The notes under the pieces: generated by a model
Told to the model about the DNA's origin: nothing
What the model saw: the letters and a program-made list of their open reading frames with translations, nothing else
The model's database searches: none
Shown: positions 19,979-30,061 of the stretch, piece by piece
Position numbering within the stretch: the first letter of the stretch is position 1
Layout of the letters: each line of letters opens with the position of its first letter
Assembly (NCBI GenBank): GCA_947628535.1
Contig: CANRAF010000003.1
Span: 22,350-86,349 of the forward strand
DNA: 64,000 nucleotides
From: an uncultured Bacilli bacterium
GTDB lineage: Bacteria > Bacillota_I > Bacilli_A > RF39 > UBA660
Direction of reading: 5' to 3'
Program-made: the position numbers and the translations under genes

Positions 19979-22546
19979 ATGCTGGAACTAGTTGATATTA
20001 AAAAAGATTATGCGATGAATAGTGAAGTAGTTCATGCTTTAAAGGGAATAAATTTAACATTTAGAGAAAGTGAATTTGTATCAATACTCGGACCATCTGG
20101 TTGTGGAAAGACAACACTTTTGAATATAATTGGAGGACTTGATAGGTATACAAGTGGAGATTTAATAATAAATAATGTATCAACAAAAAAATATAAAGAT
20201 AAAGATTTTGATAAATATAGAAATCACAAAATAGGTTTTGTTTTTCAAAATTATAATTTAATATCTCATTTAAATGTTCTTACCAATGTTGAGCTTTCAC
20301 TTACTTTATCTGGAATTTCTAAATCTCTTAGAAGAGAAAAGGCTTTAGAGGTTCTAGAAAAAGTTGGTCTTAAAGATCAAATATATAAAAAACCTAATCA
20401 AATGAGTGGCGGTCAAATGCAAAGAGTTGCTATTGCTCGTGCACTTATAAACGATCCAGATATAATTTTACTTGATGAACCAACAGGAGCACTTGACTCT
20501 AAAACAAGTGTTGAGATTATGGAACTTTTAAAAGAAATAGCATCTGATAAATTAGTCATTATGGTAACACATAACCCTGAACTTGCAGATAAGTATTCTT
20601 CGAGAATAATTAAACTTCTTGATGGAAAAATAATTGATGATTCTAATCCTTATAAAAACGAGCAGGATAAAGATGCTAAAAAATCATCTGAAAAAACATC
20701 AATGTCATTTTTTACAGCTCTTCATCTTAGTTTTAATAATTTACTTACTAAAAAAGGACGTACATTTTTAACAGCTTTTGCAGGTTCAATTGGAATTATA
20801 GGAATTGCGCTTATTCTTAGTTTATCAAATGGAGTTCAAAGTTATATTGATGGAGTAGAAGAAGATACTTTATCATCTTATCCGATAACGATTGAAAAAG
20901 ATGCTGTTGATTTTGCAGCTCTTTTAGAAGAAATGATGAAAATGAATCAAACAAATGATGATAATAAAAGTGGTAAAATAAAATCTAAAAATATTATGAA
21001 TGATATGTTAGAGACTATGACTGGGGATAAGAAAAGTAATAATTTAGAAAAGTTTAAGAAGTATTTAGATAAAAATTCTTTAGTAAAAGATTACACAAGT
21101 GACATACAATATAGTTATCCTCTTAAAATAAATGTTTATAATGAAGATGTAAATGATCAAATTGTAAGGGTAAACCCAAATACTATTATAGAAAAAATAG
21201 GACTTCAAGATGCTTATGAAATGGGATCTACTTTTATGTCTGAGAGTATGAATACTAATGATGTTTTTAAAGAATTATATAGTGATGAAGATTTACTTAA
21301 AAGTCAGTTTGAAATAGTAAAAGGAAAATTTCCTGAAAAGTATAATGAAGTTGTTTTAGTAGTTGATCAAAATGAAGAAATAAGTGATTATACTTTATAT
21401 GCTCTTGGATATTTGAATCAGGATGAACTTATTGATAATATGAATAAGATGTTAAAAGGAGATAAAGTATCTAAATCAAAAGATCTTTCTTATAATTATG
21501 ACGATTTTATAGGGGATAAATTTAAACTTGTTCTAAACACAGATATCTATGAAAAGGAAAATGGTATTTGGACTGATAAAAGTGATGATGAAAAATATAT
21601 AAAAGATATGGTGAAAGATAAAGAAAATCTTGAAATCGTAGGTATTATAAAACCTACTAACAATACTAATAATACTCTTATGTATGGTGGAATAGGATAT
21701 ACAGAAGATCTTACTAAATATGTTGTAGATAAAATAAAAGATGAAGAAATAGTTAAAGATCAATTAAAAAATAAAAATATTAACATTTTTACAGGTATGA
21801 AATTTAATTCTGACGAAGAATTTTCTTTAGATAACTTAACTATTGAGCAACAAAGATATATTATGGGACTTTCTGATAGTGAAAAATTAGATTTTTATGA
21901 AAGATATCAAAAATATAGTAAAGCAACTTATGAATCTAATTTAGAATCTTTAGGTTATGTTGATTTAGAAAATCCAAGCATGGTAAATATTTATGCTAAG
22001 GATTTTGAAACTAAAGAAAAACTTACTGATTTAATAAATGATTATAATAAAAAAGAAAAAAATGCTGGTAATGATGAAGATATTATAAATTATACAGATA
22101 TTGTTGGAGTGATGATGTCTTCTGTTAAAAGAATCGTTAATATGATTAGTTATGTACTAATAGCTTTTGTAGCAGTATCTTTAATTGTTTCATCAATAAT
22201 GATTGGTATAATTACTTATATTTCAGTACTTGAGAGAACAAAAGAAATTGGTATTTTAAGAAGTTTAGGGGCTTCTAAAAAAGATATATCAAGAGTGTTT
22301 AATGCTGAAACGTTTATAATAGGACTTGTAAGTGGAATTATTGGAATAGCAGTTACTATTTTAATTAATATACCTATCAACATAATAGTTAAGAATTTAA
22401 CAGATATTGATAAAATAGCAACTTTACCAGTTGGAGGGGCTATAATTTTAATTATAATAAGTATGATTTTAACTATAATAGCAGGTCTTATTCCTTCGAG
22501 GATGGCAAGTAAAAAGGATCCTGTAGAAGCTTTAAGAACTGAATAA
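19979..22546 (+). CDS. ABC transporter, fused ATPase + FtsX/MacB-type permease
   Basis: GPSGCGKT, MSGGQ, DEPT; C-terminal SVLERTKEIGILRSLGA and DPVEALR. Confidence 0.93.
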   Translation: MLELVDIKKDYAMNSEVVHALKGINLTFRESEFVSILGPSGCGKTTLLNIIGGLDRYTSGDLIINNVSTKKYKDKDFDKYRNHKIGFVFQNYNLISHLNVLTNVELSLTLSGISKSLRREKALEVLEKVGLKDQIYKKPNQMSGGQMQRVAIARALINDPDIILLDEPTGALDSKTSVEIMELLKEIASDKLVIMVTHNPELADKYSSRIIKLLDGKIIDDSNPYKNEQDKDAKKSSEKTSMSFFTALHLSFNNLLTKKGRTFLTAFAGSIGIIGIALILSLSNGVQSYIDGVEEDTLSSYPITIEKDAVDFAALLEEMMKMNQTNDDNKSGKIKSKNIMNDMLETMTGDKKSNNLEKFKKYLDKNSLVKDYTSDIQYSYPLKINVYNEDVNDQIVRVNPNTIIEKIGLQDAYEMGSTFMSESMNTNDVFKELYSDEDLLKSQFEIVKGKFPEKYNEVVLVVDQNEEISDYTLYALGYLNQDELIDNMNKMLKGDKVSKSKDLSYNYDDFIGDKFKLVLNTDIYEKENGIWTDKSDDEKYIKDMVKDKENLEIVGIIKPTNNTNNTLMYGGIGYTEDLTKYVVDKIKDEEIVKDQLKNKNINIFTGMKFNSDEEFSLDNLTIEQQRYIMGLSDSEKLDFYERYQKYSKATYESNLESLGYVDLENPSMVNIYAKDFETKEKLTDLINDYNKKEKNAGNDEDIINYTDIVGVMMSSVKRIVNMISYVLIAFVAVSLIVSSIMIGIITYISVLERTKEIGILRSLGASKKDISRVFNAETFIIGLVSGIIGIAVTILINIPINIIVKNLTDIDKIATLPVGGAIILIIISMILTIIAGLIPSRMASKKDPVEALRTE

Positions 22547-22795
22547 TATAAAAGATAATATTGCAAGAGTTAATTCTTAAAATATTATCTTTTTTAAAGT
22601 AATAAAATTTTATGATAAAATATAATTATAATAAATTGTTTTTTATATAGCTTTAAAATTATATTTTTTAGAAAAAAAGTAATAATAGTTTAAAAAGCAA
22701 GCAAAACATACAAAACTTTATATGAAAATAATCATTAAGATATTTAATTGATAATGAAAAAACACTGTGTTATAATAAAAAAGGAGAGTGATAAA

Positions 22796-23539
22796 ATGAG
22801 ATTAAAAAATAAAGTTGCAATTGTAACAGGAGGTTCTACAGGAATAGGACTTGCCATAGTAAATGCTTATTTAAAAGAGGGGGCTAAAGTAGTAATTGTA
22901 TCATATAGTAAGGATGAAATAGACCAAGCAATTTCAGATCTTTCTAAAAAATATGATAAAAATAATATTCTTGGAGTTCCTTGTGATGTAAGAAGTACAA
23001 AAGATGTAAAAAATGTAGTTTCTGAGGCCATTAAAAAGTTTAATAGAATTGATATTTTAGTAAATAATGCTGGTATAACAAGTGCAAAACCAAGTGAAGA
23101 AGTAACAGATGAAGAATTTATTAATATGTTTGATGTAAATACTTTTGGAGTATTTAGATTTATTAGAGAAGTTATTCCACATATGAAAAAAGAGGGGGGC
23201 TCTATTATTAATACTAGTTCTATGGTTGCTAATAATGGGGCAAGAATGCAAGCAGCTTATTCAGCATCAAAATATGCTATAAATGGAATAACTACATCAT
23301 GTGCTAAAGAATTAGGAATGTATAATATTAGGGTAAATGCTGTTAGTCCTGGAGCAGTAATGACTAATATGGTTAGACAGTCAACTACTGAAGAGATGAG
23401 AGAAATGCTTTGTAAAACATGTGCTCTTAATAGAATATCAGAACCTGAAGAACTTGCGGGGGCTTATGTTTATTTAGCTAGTGACGAAGCATCTTTTACA
23501 ACAGGGGCAATATTAAAAGTTGATGGGGCTACTCAATAA
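22796..23539 (+). CDS. SDR family oxidoreductase (FabG-like)
   Basis: TGGSTGIG, NNAG, YSASK, RVNAVSPG. Confidence 0.93.
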   Translation: MRLKNKVAIVTGGSTGIGLAIVNAYLKEGAKVVIVSYSKDEIDQAISDLSKKYDKNNILGVPCDVRSTKDVKNVVSEAIKKFNRIDILVNNAGITSAKPSEEVTDEEFINMFDVNTFGVFRFIREVIPHMKKEGGSIINTSSMVANNGARMQAAYSASKYAINGITTSCAKELGMYNIRVNAVSPGAVMTNMVRQSTTEEMREMLCKTCALNRISEPEELAGAYVYLASDEASFTTGAILKVDGATQ

Positions 23540-23599
23540 TTTTAAAAAATTAAATATACTTATAATAAAGCTTAATCATATTTATGTTTAATTGCATAA

Positions 23600-24217
23600 A
23601 TGATATACTTTAAAAGAGGTGTTAAAGTGAAAACAAAAGAAGAAATAAAACAAGTATTAAAACAAATGCAAGTGAGTTTTAATCCTATGAAATCTACTTA
23701 TAGAATTATTGATAAAATAGTTAAAAATGATTTATCTTCTGAAGAGATGCTTTCTTATTTTTCTGATATTAAAGGGACAGAAAAATATCCTAAAGAATTA
23801 AAAGATCAATATGATGATGTCAAAAAATCTCTTGATAATTTAATAATGATGGAAAAAGAAGCTGAAGAAAAAGCTAAGCAAGAAGAAACAACTAAAGAGT
23901 TAAAAGAAATAATAGATAAACTAGAGGCAAATGTTGGTAAAAAGGAAGAGTCTGAAAGTTCTTTAGAGGATTTAGACAAAACAGAAGTTATTGATCTTGA
24001 TTTTGATGAAAAAGAAGAAAATAAAGAGGATAATAAAGAAGCCAGTCATGAATCTTTAGAAAAAGAGCATGAAAATAAAATAGATAAAACTGATGTAAAA
24101 AAAGAATCTAAAGAGCCTGAAGAAGATAAATATAAAGGTAAAAAATTATTTGTATTTTTAACTATAATGATTTTTGTTTTACTTGTTTGTGGAGCTTTAA
24201 TATTATTATTTTATTAA
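23600..24217 (+). CDS. acidic protein with C-terminal TM anchor
   Basis: Glu/Lys-rich body, hydrophobic C-terminal helix; start uncertain. Confidence 0.65.
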   Translation: MIYFKRGVKVKTKEEIKQVLKQMQVSFNPMKSTYRIIDKIVKNDLSSEEMLSYFSDIKGTEKYPKELKDQYDDVKKSLDNLIMMEKEAEEKAKQEETTKELKEIIDKLEANVGKKEESESSLEDLDKTEVIDLDFDEKEENKEDNKEASHESLEKEHENKIDKTDVKKESKEPEEDKYKGKKLFVFLTIMIFVLLVCGALILLFY

Positions 24218-24229
24218 GGGTGATTTATA

Positions 24230-25063
24230 ATGAGTAATATTATAGATGGAAAAGAAATTGCAAATATTAAAAAAAATGCTTTAATTAAAGAGATAAACAG
24301 TGTTAAAGATAAATTAAAACTTGTAGTAATTCAAGTAGGAAATGATCCTGCGAGTGATGTATATGTTAGGAACAAAAGAAAAATTTGTGAAGAATTAGGG
24401 ATTTTATTTAATCATTTAAAGTATGAATCTATAAGTGAAGATGATCTTATTACGACAATAGAAAAACTTAATAATGAAAAAGAAGTTACAGGAATTTTAG
24501 TGCAACTTCCGCTTCCAAAAAATATTGATGAAAAAAAAGTTATAGAAGCTATTTCTCCTTTGAAGGATGTAGATGGATTAACTAAAGCAAATGTTGGAAA
24601 TTTATTTTCATTTCAAGATGGTTTAAAACCTTGTACAGCTTTAGGGGTTATAGAAATTTTAGATTGTGCAAATACTAAAATAGAAGGTAAAAATGTCGTT
24701 ATTGTTGGAAGAAGTAGATTAGTGGGACTTCCTCTTATTTCACTTTTTCTTAAAAGAAATGCAACTGTTACTATTTGTCACTCTAAAACAGAAAATTTAA
24801 AAGACATTACAAAAAAAGCCGATATTCTTGTAGTAGCTATTGGTAAAAAAGAGTATATAAAAGAAGATTATGTAAAAGATGGAGCAGTTGTAATAGATGT
24901 TGGTATAAATAGAGAAAATGGTAAATTATATGGAGACTGTGACTTTGAAAATATAAAAGATAAGTGCAGTAAAATAACAAAGGTTCCCGGAGGAGTTGGA
25001 CCACTTACAGTAATTATGCTTGCAAGCAATGTTGTAGAGGCTTATAAACTTCAAAATAGGTAA
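24230..25063 (+). CDS. folD: Bifunctional methylene-THF dehydrogenase/cyclohydrolase
   Basis: YVRNK, GILVQLPLP, KDVDG, PCT, VPGGVGP. Confidence 0.97.
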   Translation: MSNIIDGKEIANIKKNALIKEINSVKDKLKLVVIQVGNDPASDVYVRNKRKICEELGILFNHLKYESISEDDLITTIEKLNNEKEVTGILVQLPLPKNIDEKKVIEAISPLKDVDGLTKANVGNLFSFQDGLKPCTALGVIEILDCANTKIEGKNVVIVGRSRLVGLPLISLFLKRNATVTICHSKTENLKDITKKADILVVAIGKKEYIKEDYVKDGAVVIDVGINRENGKLYGDCDFENIKDKCSKITKVPGGVGPLTVIMLASNVVEAYKLQNR

Positions 25064-25142
25064 AACATATAAAAATAGCGATTTTACTTGAAATATTTCT
25101 GTTTATATTTTATAATTAATATGCACTATTTTAAGTGCCTTT

Positions 25143-25233
25143 GGAGTGGTACTCAAGAGGCTGAAGAGGCGCCCCTGCTAAGGGTGTAGGTCGGGTAACT
25201 GGCGCGAGGGTTCAAATCCCTCCCACTCCGCCA
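25143..25233 (+). tRNA. tRNA-Ser(GCT)
   Basis: GGAGTGG/CCACTCC acceptor stem, CT-GCT-AA anticodon loop, long variable arm, TTCAAAT, CCA. Confidence 0.97.
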
Positions 25234-25365
25234 TATAAAAATTAAACTCTTTTTAAGAGTTTTTTTAATGCTTTTAAATTTTGAGCTTCACTTACATTTC
25301 AAAATTGTAAGGTTAATATTATAATAATGCATGATATAATTTTAACTATGGAAAGTGGTGAAATT

Positions 25366-26028
25366 ATGGATAGAATAATGATTATTGAAGATGATAAAAT
25401 AATTTGTGAAGAATTGAAGAAGTTATTAGTAAGTAATGGTTATGAAGTATTTATTGTTAAAGACTTTAATAATTCTTTAAATGAAATACTAACAATATCC
25501 CCAAATTTGATTTTACTTGATATTAACATACCTTATATAAATGGAGAACTTCTTTTAAAAAAATTAAGAAAAGAATCTAATATTCCAGTTATTATGGTAA
25601 CTAGTAAAATTTCTGAAACAGATGAAGCATTATCAATATCATATGGAGCAGATGATTACATTACAAAACCATATAATCCTAATATTTTACTTCTTAGAAT
25701 TGGTGCTGTTTTAAAAAGAACAAATGAAAAATTAGATGATATTTATTATAGAGATTTAAAAATAGATGTTGGTAAAGGAACTATTAAAAATGATAAAAAA
25801 GAAATTATTCTAACAAAAAATGAAATGATAATTTTTAATTATTTGTTAAAACATAAAAATAAAATAGTAACAAGAGATGAATTAATGACAGATTTATGGA
25901 ATAATAGTGAGTTTATAAACGATAATGCTTTAACAGTTAATATAAGTAGGTTAAGAACAAAACTTAAAAGTATTGGTTATGAAAATGTTATAGATACAAG
26001 AAAGGGAATAGGGTACATATTATTATGA
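25366..26028 (+). CDS. OmpR-family response regulator (BceR/GraR-like)
   Basis: IEDD, LLDINIP, GADDYITKP, NALTVNISRLR, TRKG.GY. Confidence 0.92.
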   Translation: MDRIMIIEDDKIICEELKKLLVSNGYEVFIVKDFNNSLNEILTISPNLILLDINIPYINGELLLKKLRKESNIPVIMVTSKISETDEALSISYGADDYITKPYNPNILLLRIGAVLKRTNEKLDDIYYRDLKIDVGKGTIKNDKKEIILTKNEMIIFNYLLKHKNKIVTRDELMTDLWNNSEFINDNALTVNISRLRTKLKSIGYENVIDTRKGIGYILL

Positions 26029-27041
26029 ATTTTAAAAAGTATTTAAAAGATAAATCTTACGCATTTATAATTTTAATAATTAGTTATTTCATAATTTTAC
26101 TAATGCTATTTGCTTTTGAAATTAGAGTAGAACTTATAATTTCAATAACTATTATTTTTTTAGTATCGTCTATTTTAATTTTAACAATCTCATATTTGAG
26201 AAAAAAGAATTTTTACAATAATCTTTTTTTTGGTATAAAAAACTTAGATGAAAGTTATCTAGTAGTTGAAACTCTTTCTAAGCCAGAGTTTTACGAAGGA
26301 AAATTACTAATGAATGCTCTATATGATATAAATAAATCTATGATAGAAAATGTAAATAATCAAAAAACATTACTTAGAGATTTTAAAAATTATATAGAAA
26401 TGTGGATACATGAAGTTAAAATACCACTTGCAACTTTAAATTTAACTTTGACTAATAAAAAAGGATTAAATACTAAAGTTAAAACTCAATTAAAAAGAGT
26501 TGAAGACTGTGTAGATCAAGTGCTTTTTTATGTTAGAAGTGAAAATGCTGAAAAAGATTATCTTATAAAAGAAACTAATCTTAAAGAAATAATAAAAAAT
26601 GTTGGTCTTAAAAATATAGATGATTTAAGAGAAAATAAAATTGATTTCATTACAGAAAATATTGACTATAAAGTTTTAACAGATTCCAAATGGTTAGAAT
26701 TTATATTAAGACAAATTATAAATAATAGCATTAAATATAAGAGAAATATAAAAAATTCATATATAAAAATAAAAGCATTTAAAGATTTTGATACACTAGT
26801 TTTAATGATTGAGGATAATGGAATTGGTATTTTAAAGCAAGATATAAATCAAGTTTTTGATAAAACATTTACAGGAAGTAATGGAAGAGAATATAACTCT
26901 TCTACAGGTATGGGACTTTTTATTGCTAAAAATTTATGTAATAAACTTGGTCACAAAATAAAAATAGAATCTATTAAAGATAAATATACAAGAGTTTATA
27001 TAACATTTGGAAGTAATAATTATTATGATGTTTTAAAATAA
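26025..27041 (+). CDS. Intramembrane-sensing histidine kinase (BceS/GraS-like)
   Basis: Two TM helices with a short loop, WIHEVKIP H-box, TDSKW, NSIKY, DNGIG, STGMGL. Confidence 0.92.
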   Translation: MNFKKYLKDKSYAFIILIISYFIILLMLFAFEIRVELIISITIIFLVSSILILTISYLRKKNFYNNLFFGIKNLDESYLVVETLSKPEFYEGKLLMNALYDINKSMIENVNNQKTLLRDFKNYIEMWIHEVKIPLATLNLTLTNKKGLNTKVKTQLKRVEDCVDQVLFYVRSENAEKDYLIKETNLKEIIKNVGLKNIDDLRENKIDFITENIDYKVLTDSKWLEFILRQIINNSIKYKRNIKNSYIKIKAFKDFDTLVLMIEDNGIGILKQDINQVFDKTFTGSNGREYNSSTGMGLFIAKNLCNKLGHKIKIESIKDKYTRVYITFGSNNYYDVLK

Positions 27042-27043
27042 TG

Positions 27044-27067
27044 TTACAAAATTGTAATAATCTGTAA
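27044..27067 (+). promoter_or_regulatory. BceR-type binding box TTACA-AAAT-TGTAA plus a downstream TGTAA half-site
   Basis: Matches the TNACA-N4-TGTAA BceR-family consensus upstream of the transporter. Confidence 0.7.
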
Positions 27068-27127
27068 TATTAAAATAGCGACAAACTTAGTATTTTAAGT
27101 TATGTTTAATTTGAAAGGAGAAATTAT

Positions 27128-27895
27128 ATGGAACCAATTTTAAAAGTTAAAAATATAGAAAAATACTATGGAAGTCGTTTTTCTTTAACTAAAGCCATTG
27201 ATGATATGTCGTTCGAAGTTTTAAAAGGAGAATTTGTTGCTATTATGGGTGCATCTGGCTCTGGAAAGACTACACTTTTAAATGTAATTTCAACAATTGA
27301 TAAAGTAACAGTAGGTAAAATTTATGTTGGAGATGAAGAAGTTACAAAATTAAAAGGAAATAATCTTAATAAATTTAGAAGAGAAAAGTTAGGATTTATA
27401 TTTCAAGATTTTAATTTACTTGATACTTTAACATCTTATGAAAATATTGCTCTTGCTCTATCTATTTTAAATGTAAAAGCAAATGAGATAGATAAAAGAA
27501 TAAAAAAAATAGCTAGAGAACTTCAAATTACAGATGTTTTAGATAAATATCCTTATCAAATGAGTGGAGGGCAAAAGCAAAGAGTAGCAGCTGCCAGGGC
27601 TATTATAACTAATCCTAAACTTGTTTTAGCAGATGAACCGACAGGAGCACTTGATTCTAAATCTTCAAAAATGTTACTAGAAAAGTTTAAGTATTTAAAC
27701 GAAGAAATGAAAGCCACAATACTTATGGTAACACATGATGCTTTTACAGCCTCTTATAGTAATAGAGTAATTTTTATTAAAGATGGTAAGATTTTTAAAG
27801 AACTTTACAGAGGAGATAATACAAGAAAAGAATTTTTTGACAGAATAATAGATGTGGTAACTTTACTTGGAGGAGATTTAAATGATGCTTTGTAA
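27128..27895 (+). CDS. ABC transporter ATP-binding protein (BceA-like)
   Basis: GASGSGKT, FQDFNLLDTL, MSGGQ, DEPT, MVTHD. Confidence 0.93.
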   Translation: MEPILKVKNIEKYYGSRFSLTKAIDDMSFEVLKGEFVAIMGASGSGKTTLLNVISTIDKVTVGKIYVGDEEVTKLKGNNLNKFRREKLGFIFQDFNLLDTLTSYENIALALSILNVKANEIDKRIKKIARELQITDVLDKYPYQMSGGQKQRVAAARAIITNPKLVLADEPTGALDSKSSKMLLEKFKYLNEEMKATILMVTHDAFTASYSNRVIFIKDGKIFKELYRGDNTRKEFFDRIIDVVTLLGGDLNDAL

Positions 27896-29954
27896 ATTAT
27901 CACTTAAAAATGTTAAGAAAAGTTTTAAAGATTACGCTATTTATTTTTTTACTTTGATTTTAGGAGTTTCAATATTTTATGTATTTAACGCTTTAGAAAG
28001 TCAAACAGTTATGATGAATGTTTCAGAATATACCTCAAGTTTAATAAAAATGATGATGTCAATGCTCTCTGGGGTAAGCGTCTTTGTTTCATTTATTTTA
28101 GGTTTTCTAATTGTATATGCATCAAGGTTCTTAATGAAAAGAAGAAATAAAGAATTTGGTATATATTTAACTTTAGGAATGGGAAGAAGAAAAATATCAA
28201 TAATTTTGTTTTTGGAAATACTTTTTATGGGTATTATTTCTCTTTTCATAGGACTTATACTAGGATTTATCTTATCACAGTTAATGAGTATTTTAGTTGC
28301 AAATATGTTTGAATCAGATTTAACTAATTTTAAATTTGTATTTTCTTTAAGTGCCTGTGTAAAAACAATTATTTATTTTGGAATTATGTATCTTTTAGTA
28401 ATGATTTTTAATACTTTAAGTGTTAGTAGATGTAAACTAATTGACCTTTTAAATAGTTCTAAAAAAAGTGAAAAAATAAAACTTAAAAATCCTTATCTTT
28501 GCACAGTTATTTTTCTAATTTCTGCTTTTGTTTTGGGAGCAGCTTATTACATCGTATGCTATAAAACTTATGCCCTTAGAGAAGTTACAGATATAATTAT
28601 TCCTATAATAATGGGATCAGTTGCAACCTTTTTTATATTTTGGTCGTTATCAGGTTTAATATTTAGAATTATTAGTTCTTTTAAAAATCATTATTATAAA
28701 GGATTAAATAGTTTTACCTTAAGACAGTTTAGTAGTAAGATTAACACTACAGTTTTCGGGGCAACAATTATTTGTTTAATGCTTTTTATTACTATTTGTT
28801 TACTATCCTCATGTCTTACAATAAAAAATTCTATGAATGCTAATATTGAAAAACTAACACCAGCTGATGCTGAATTTTCAGTTGTTATGAATATGGAAAA
28901 ATACTATGATGATTTCAAGAGTTATGGATATAGTGATTCACAAATAAAAAATTCTAATTATACTGTTATAGAAGATTTTGCTTTATTTGATTTTGACATA
29001 CTTTCATATTTTAAAGATTATATTGAAGTAAATATTTATACTACTCCTGATTTAACTTTTAATCATACTTTAGGGTCAAAATTAGAAATAGTTAAATCGA
29101 AGTTTCCTTTTTTAGATTATGATGACTCTGAAGCAATAATGAAGATTAGTGATTATAATAAAGTAGCTAAATTTTATGGAATAGATGAATATTCTTTAAA
29201 AAATGATGAGTATATGATTATTGCAGATTTTGACTCTATGGTTGAAATAAGAAATATTGCTCTTAAAAATAAAGAATCAATTAATTTATTTGGGCATACT
29301 TTAAAACCAAAATACGATGCTTGCCAAGATGGATTTTTAGAGATGTCTAGTCAGCATATTAATACAGGTATAATTTTAGTTCCAGATGATATAGTAAAGG
29401 AAGAATATTTATATGAAAATCATTTAATAGGTAATTATAAAACAACTGATAAAAAAGAGATTACGAAAATAGAAAATGATATTAGAAAACTTGAGAAAAA
29501 TGAATTAGTTACTACTTATTTACTACCTAATGGAAATACTAAACTATCAATTAAAGAAGCAACAGTAGGCCTTAGTGCAATGGTAACATTTATTGGACTT
29601 TATATAGGTATTATTTTCCTAATTAGTAGTGCTGCTATTTTAGGATTGAAAGAATTATCTGAGAGTAGTGATAATAAAGAAAGATTTAAAATGCTTCGTA
29701 AGATTGGTGTAGATGAAAAGATGATAAATAAGGCTTTATTTAGACAAATTGCAATTTTCTTTGGGTTACCACTTATTCTTGCAATTATTCATTCAGTATT
29801 TGGAATTATTTTTGCTATCAATATTTTAGAGGTATTTGGAAATGAAGAGTTATTACCATCGATTATTATGACAGCAATATTTATTATTTTAATATATGGT
29901 GGTTATTTTTTAATTACTTATTGGTCTAGTAAAAATATAATTAAAGATAAATAA
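27882..29954 (+). CDS. ABC transporter permease (BceB-like)
   Basis: RRNKEFGIY..LGM, about 10 TM helices, large extracellular loop, LRKIG, F.LP...AIIHS. Confidence 0.9.
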   Translation: MMLCKLSLKNVKKSFKDYAIYFFTLILGVSIFYVFNALESQTVMMNVSEYTSSLIKMMMSMLSGVSVFVSFILGFLIVYASRFLMKRRNKEFGIYLTLGMGRRKISIILFLEILFMGIISLFIGLILGFILSQLMSILVANMFESDLTNFKFVFSLSACVKTIIYFGIMYLLVMIFNTLSVSRCKLIDLLNSSKKSEKIKLKNPYLCTVIFLISAFVLGAAYYIVCYKTYALREVTDIIIPIIMGSVATFFIFWSLSGLIFRIISSFKNHYYKGLNSFTLRQFSSKINTTVFGATIICLMLFITICLLSSCLTIKNSMNANIEKLTPADAEFSVVMNMEKYYDDFKSYGYSDSQIKNSNYTVIEDFALFDFDILSYFKDYIEVNIYTTPDLTFNHTLGSKLEIVKSKFPFLDYDDSEAIMKISDYNKVAKFYGIDEYSLKNDEYMIIADFDSMVEIRNIALKNKESINLFGHTLKPKYDACQDGFLEMSSQHINTGIILVPDDIVKEEYLYENHLIGNYKTTDKKEITKIENDIRKLEKNELVTTYLLPNGNTKLSIKEATVGLSAMVTFIGLYIGIIFLISSAAILGLKELSESSDNKERFKMLRKIGVDEKMINKALFRQIAIFFGLPLILAIIHSVFGIIFAINILEVFGNEELLPSIIMTAIFIILIYGGYFLITYWSSKNIIKDK

Positions 29955-30018
29955 TTGATATATGAAAAAATAGTTACTTTGTGTAGCTATTTTTTTAGTA
30001 TTTAAAACATTTACTTTT

Positions 30019-30046
30019 TCATAAAAACCTTATAAAAACATAGTTT
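30019..30046 (+). promoter_or_regulatory. candidate sigE-type promoter (TCATAAA-N13-CATAGTTT)
   Basis: Same architecture and spacing as the site upstream of spoIVA. Confidence 0.5.
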
Positions 30047-30061
30047 ATATTAGGTGATGTT

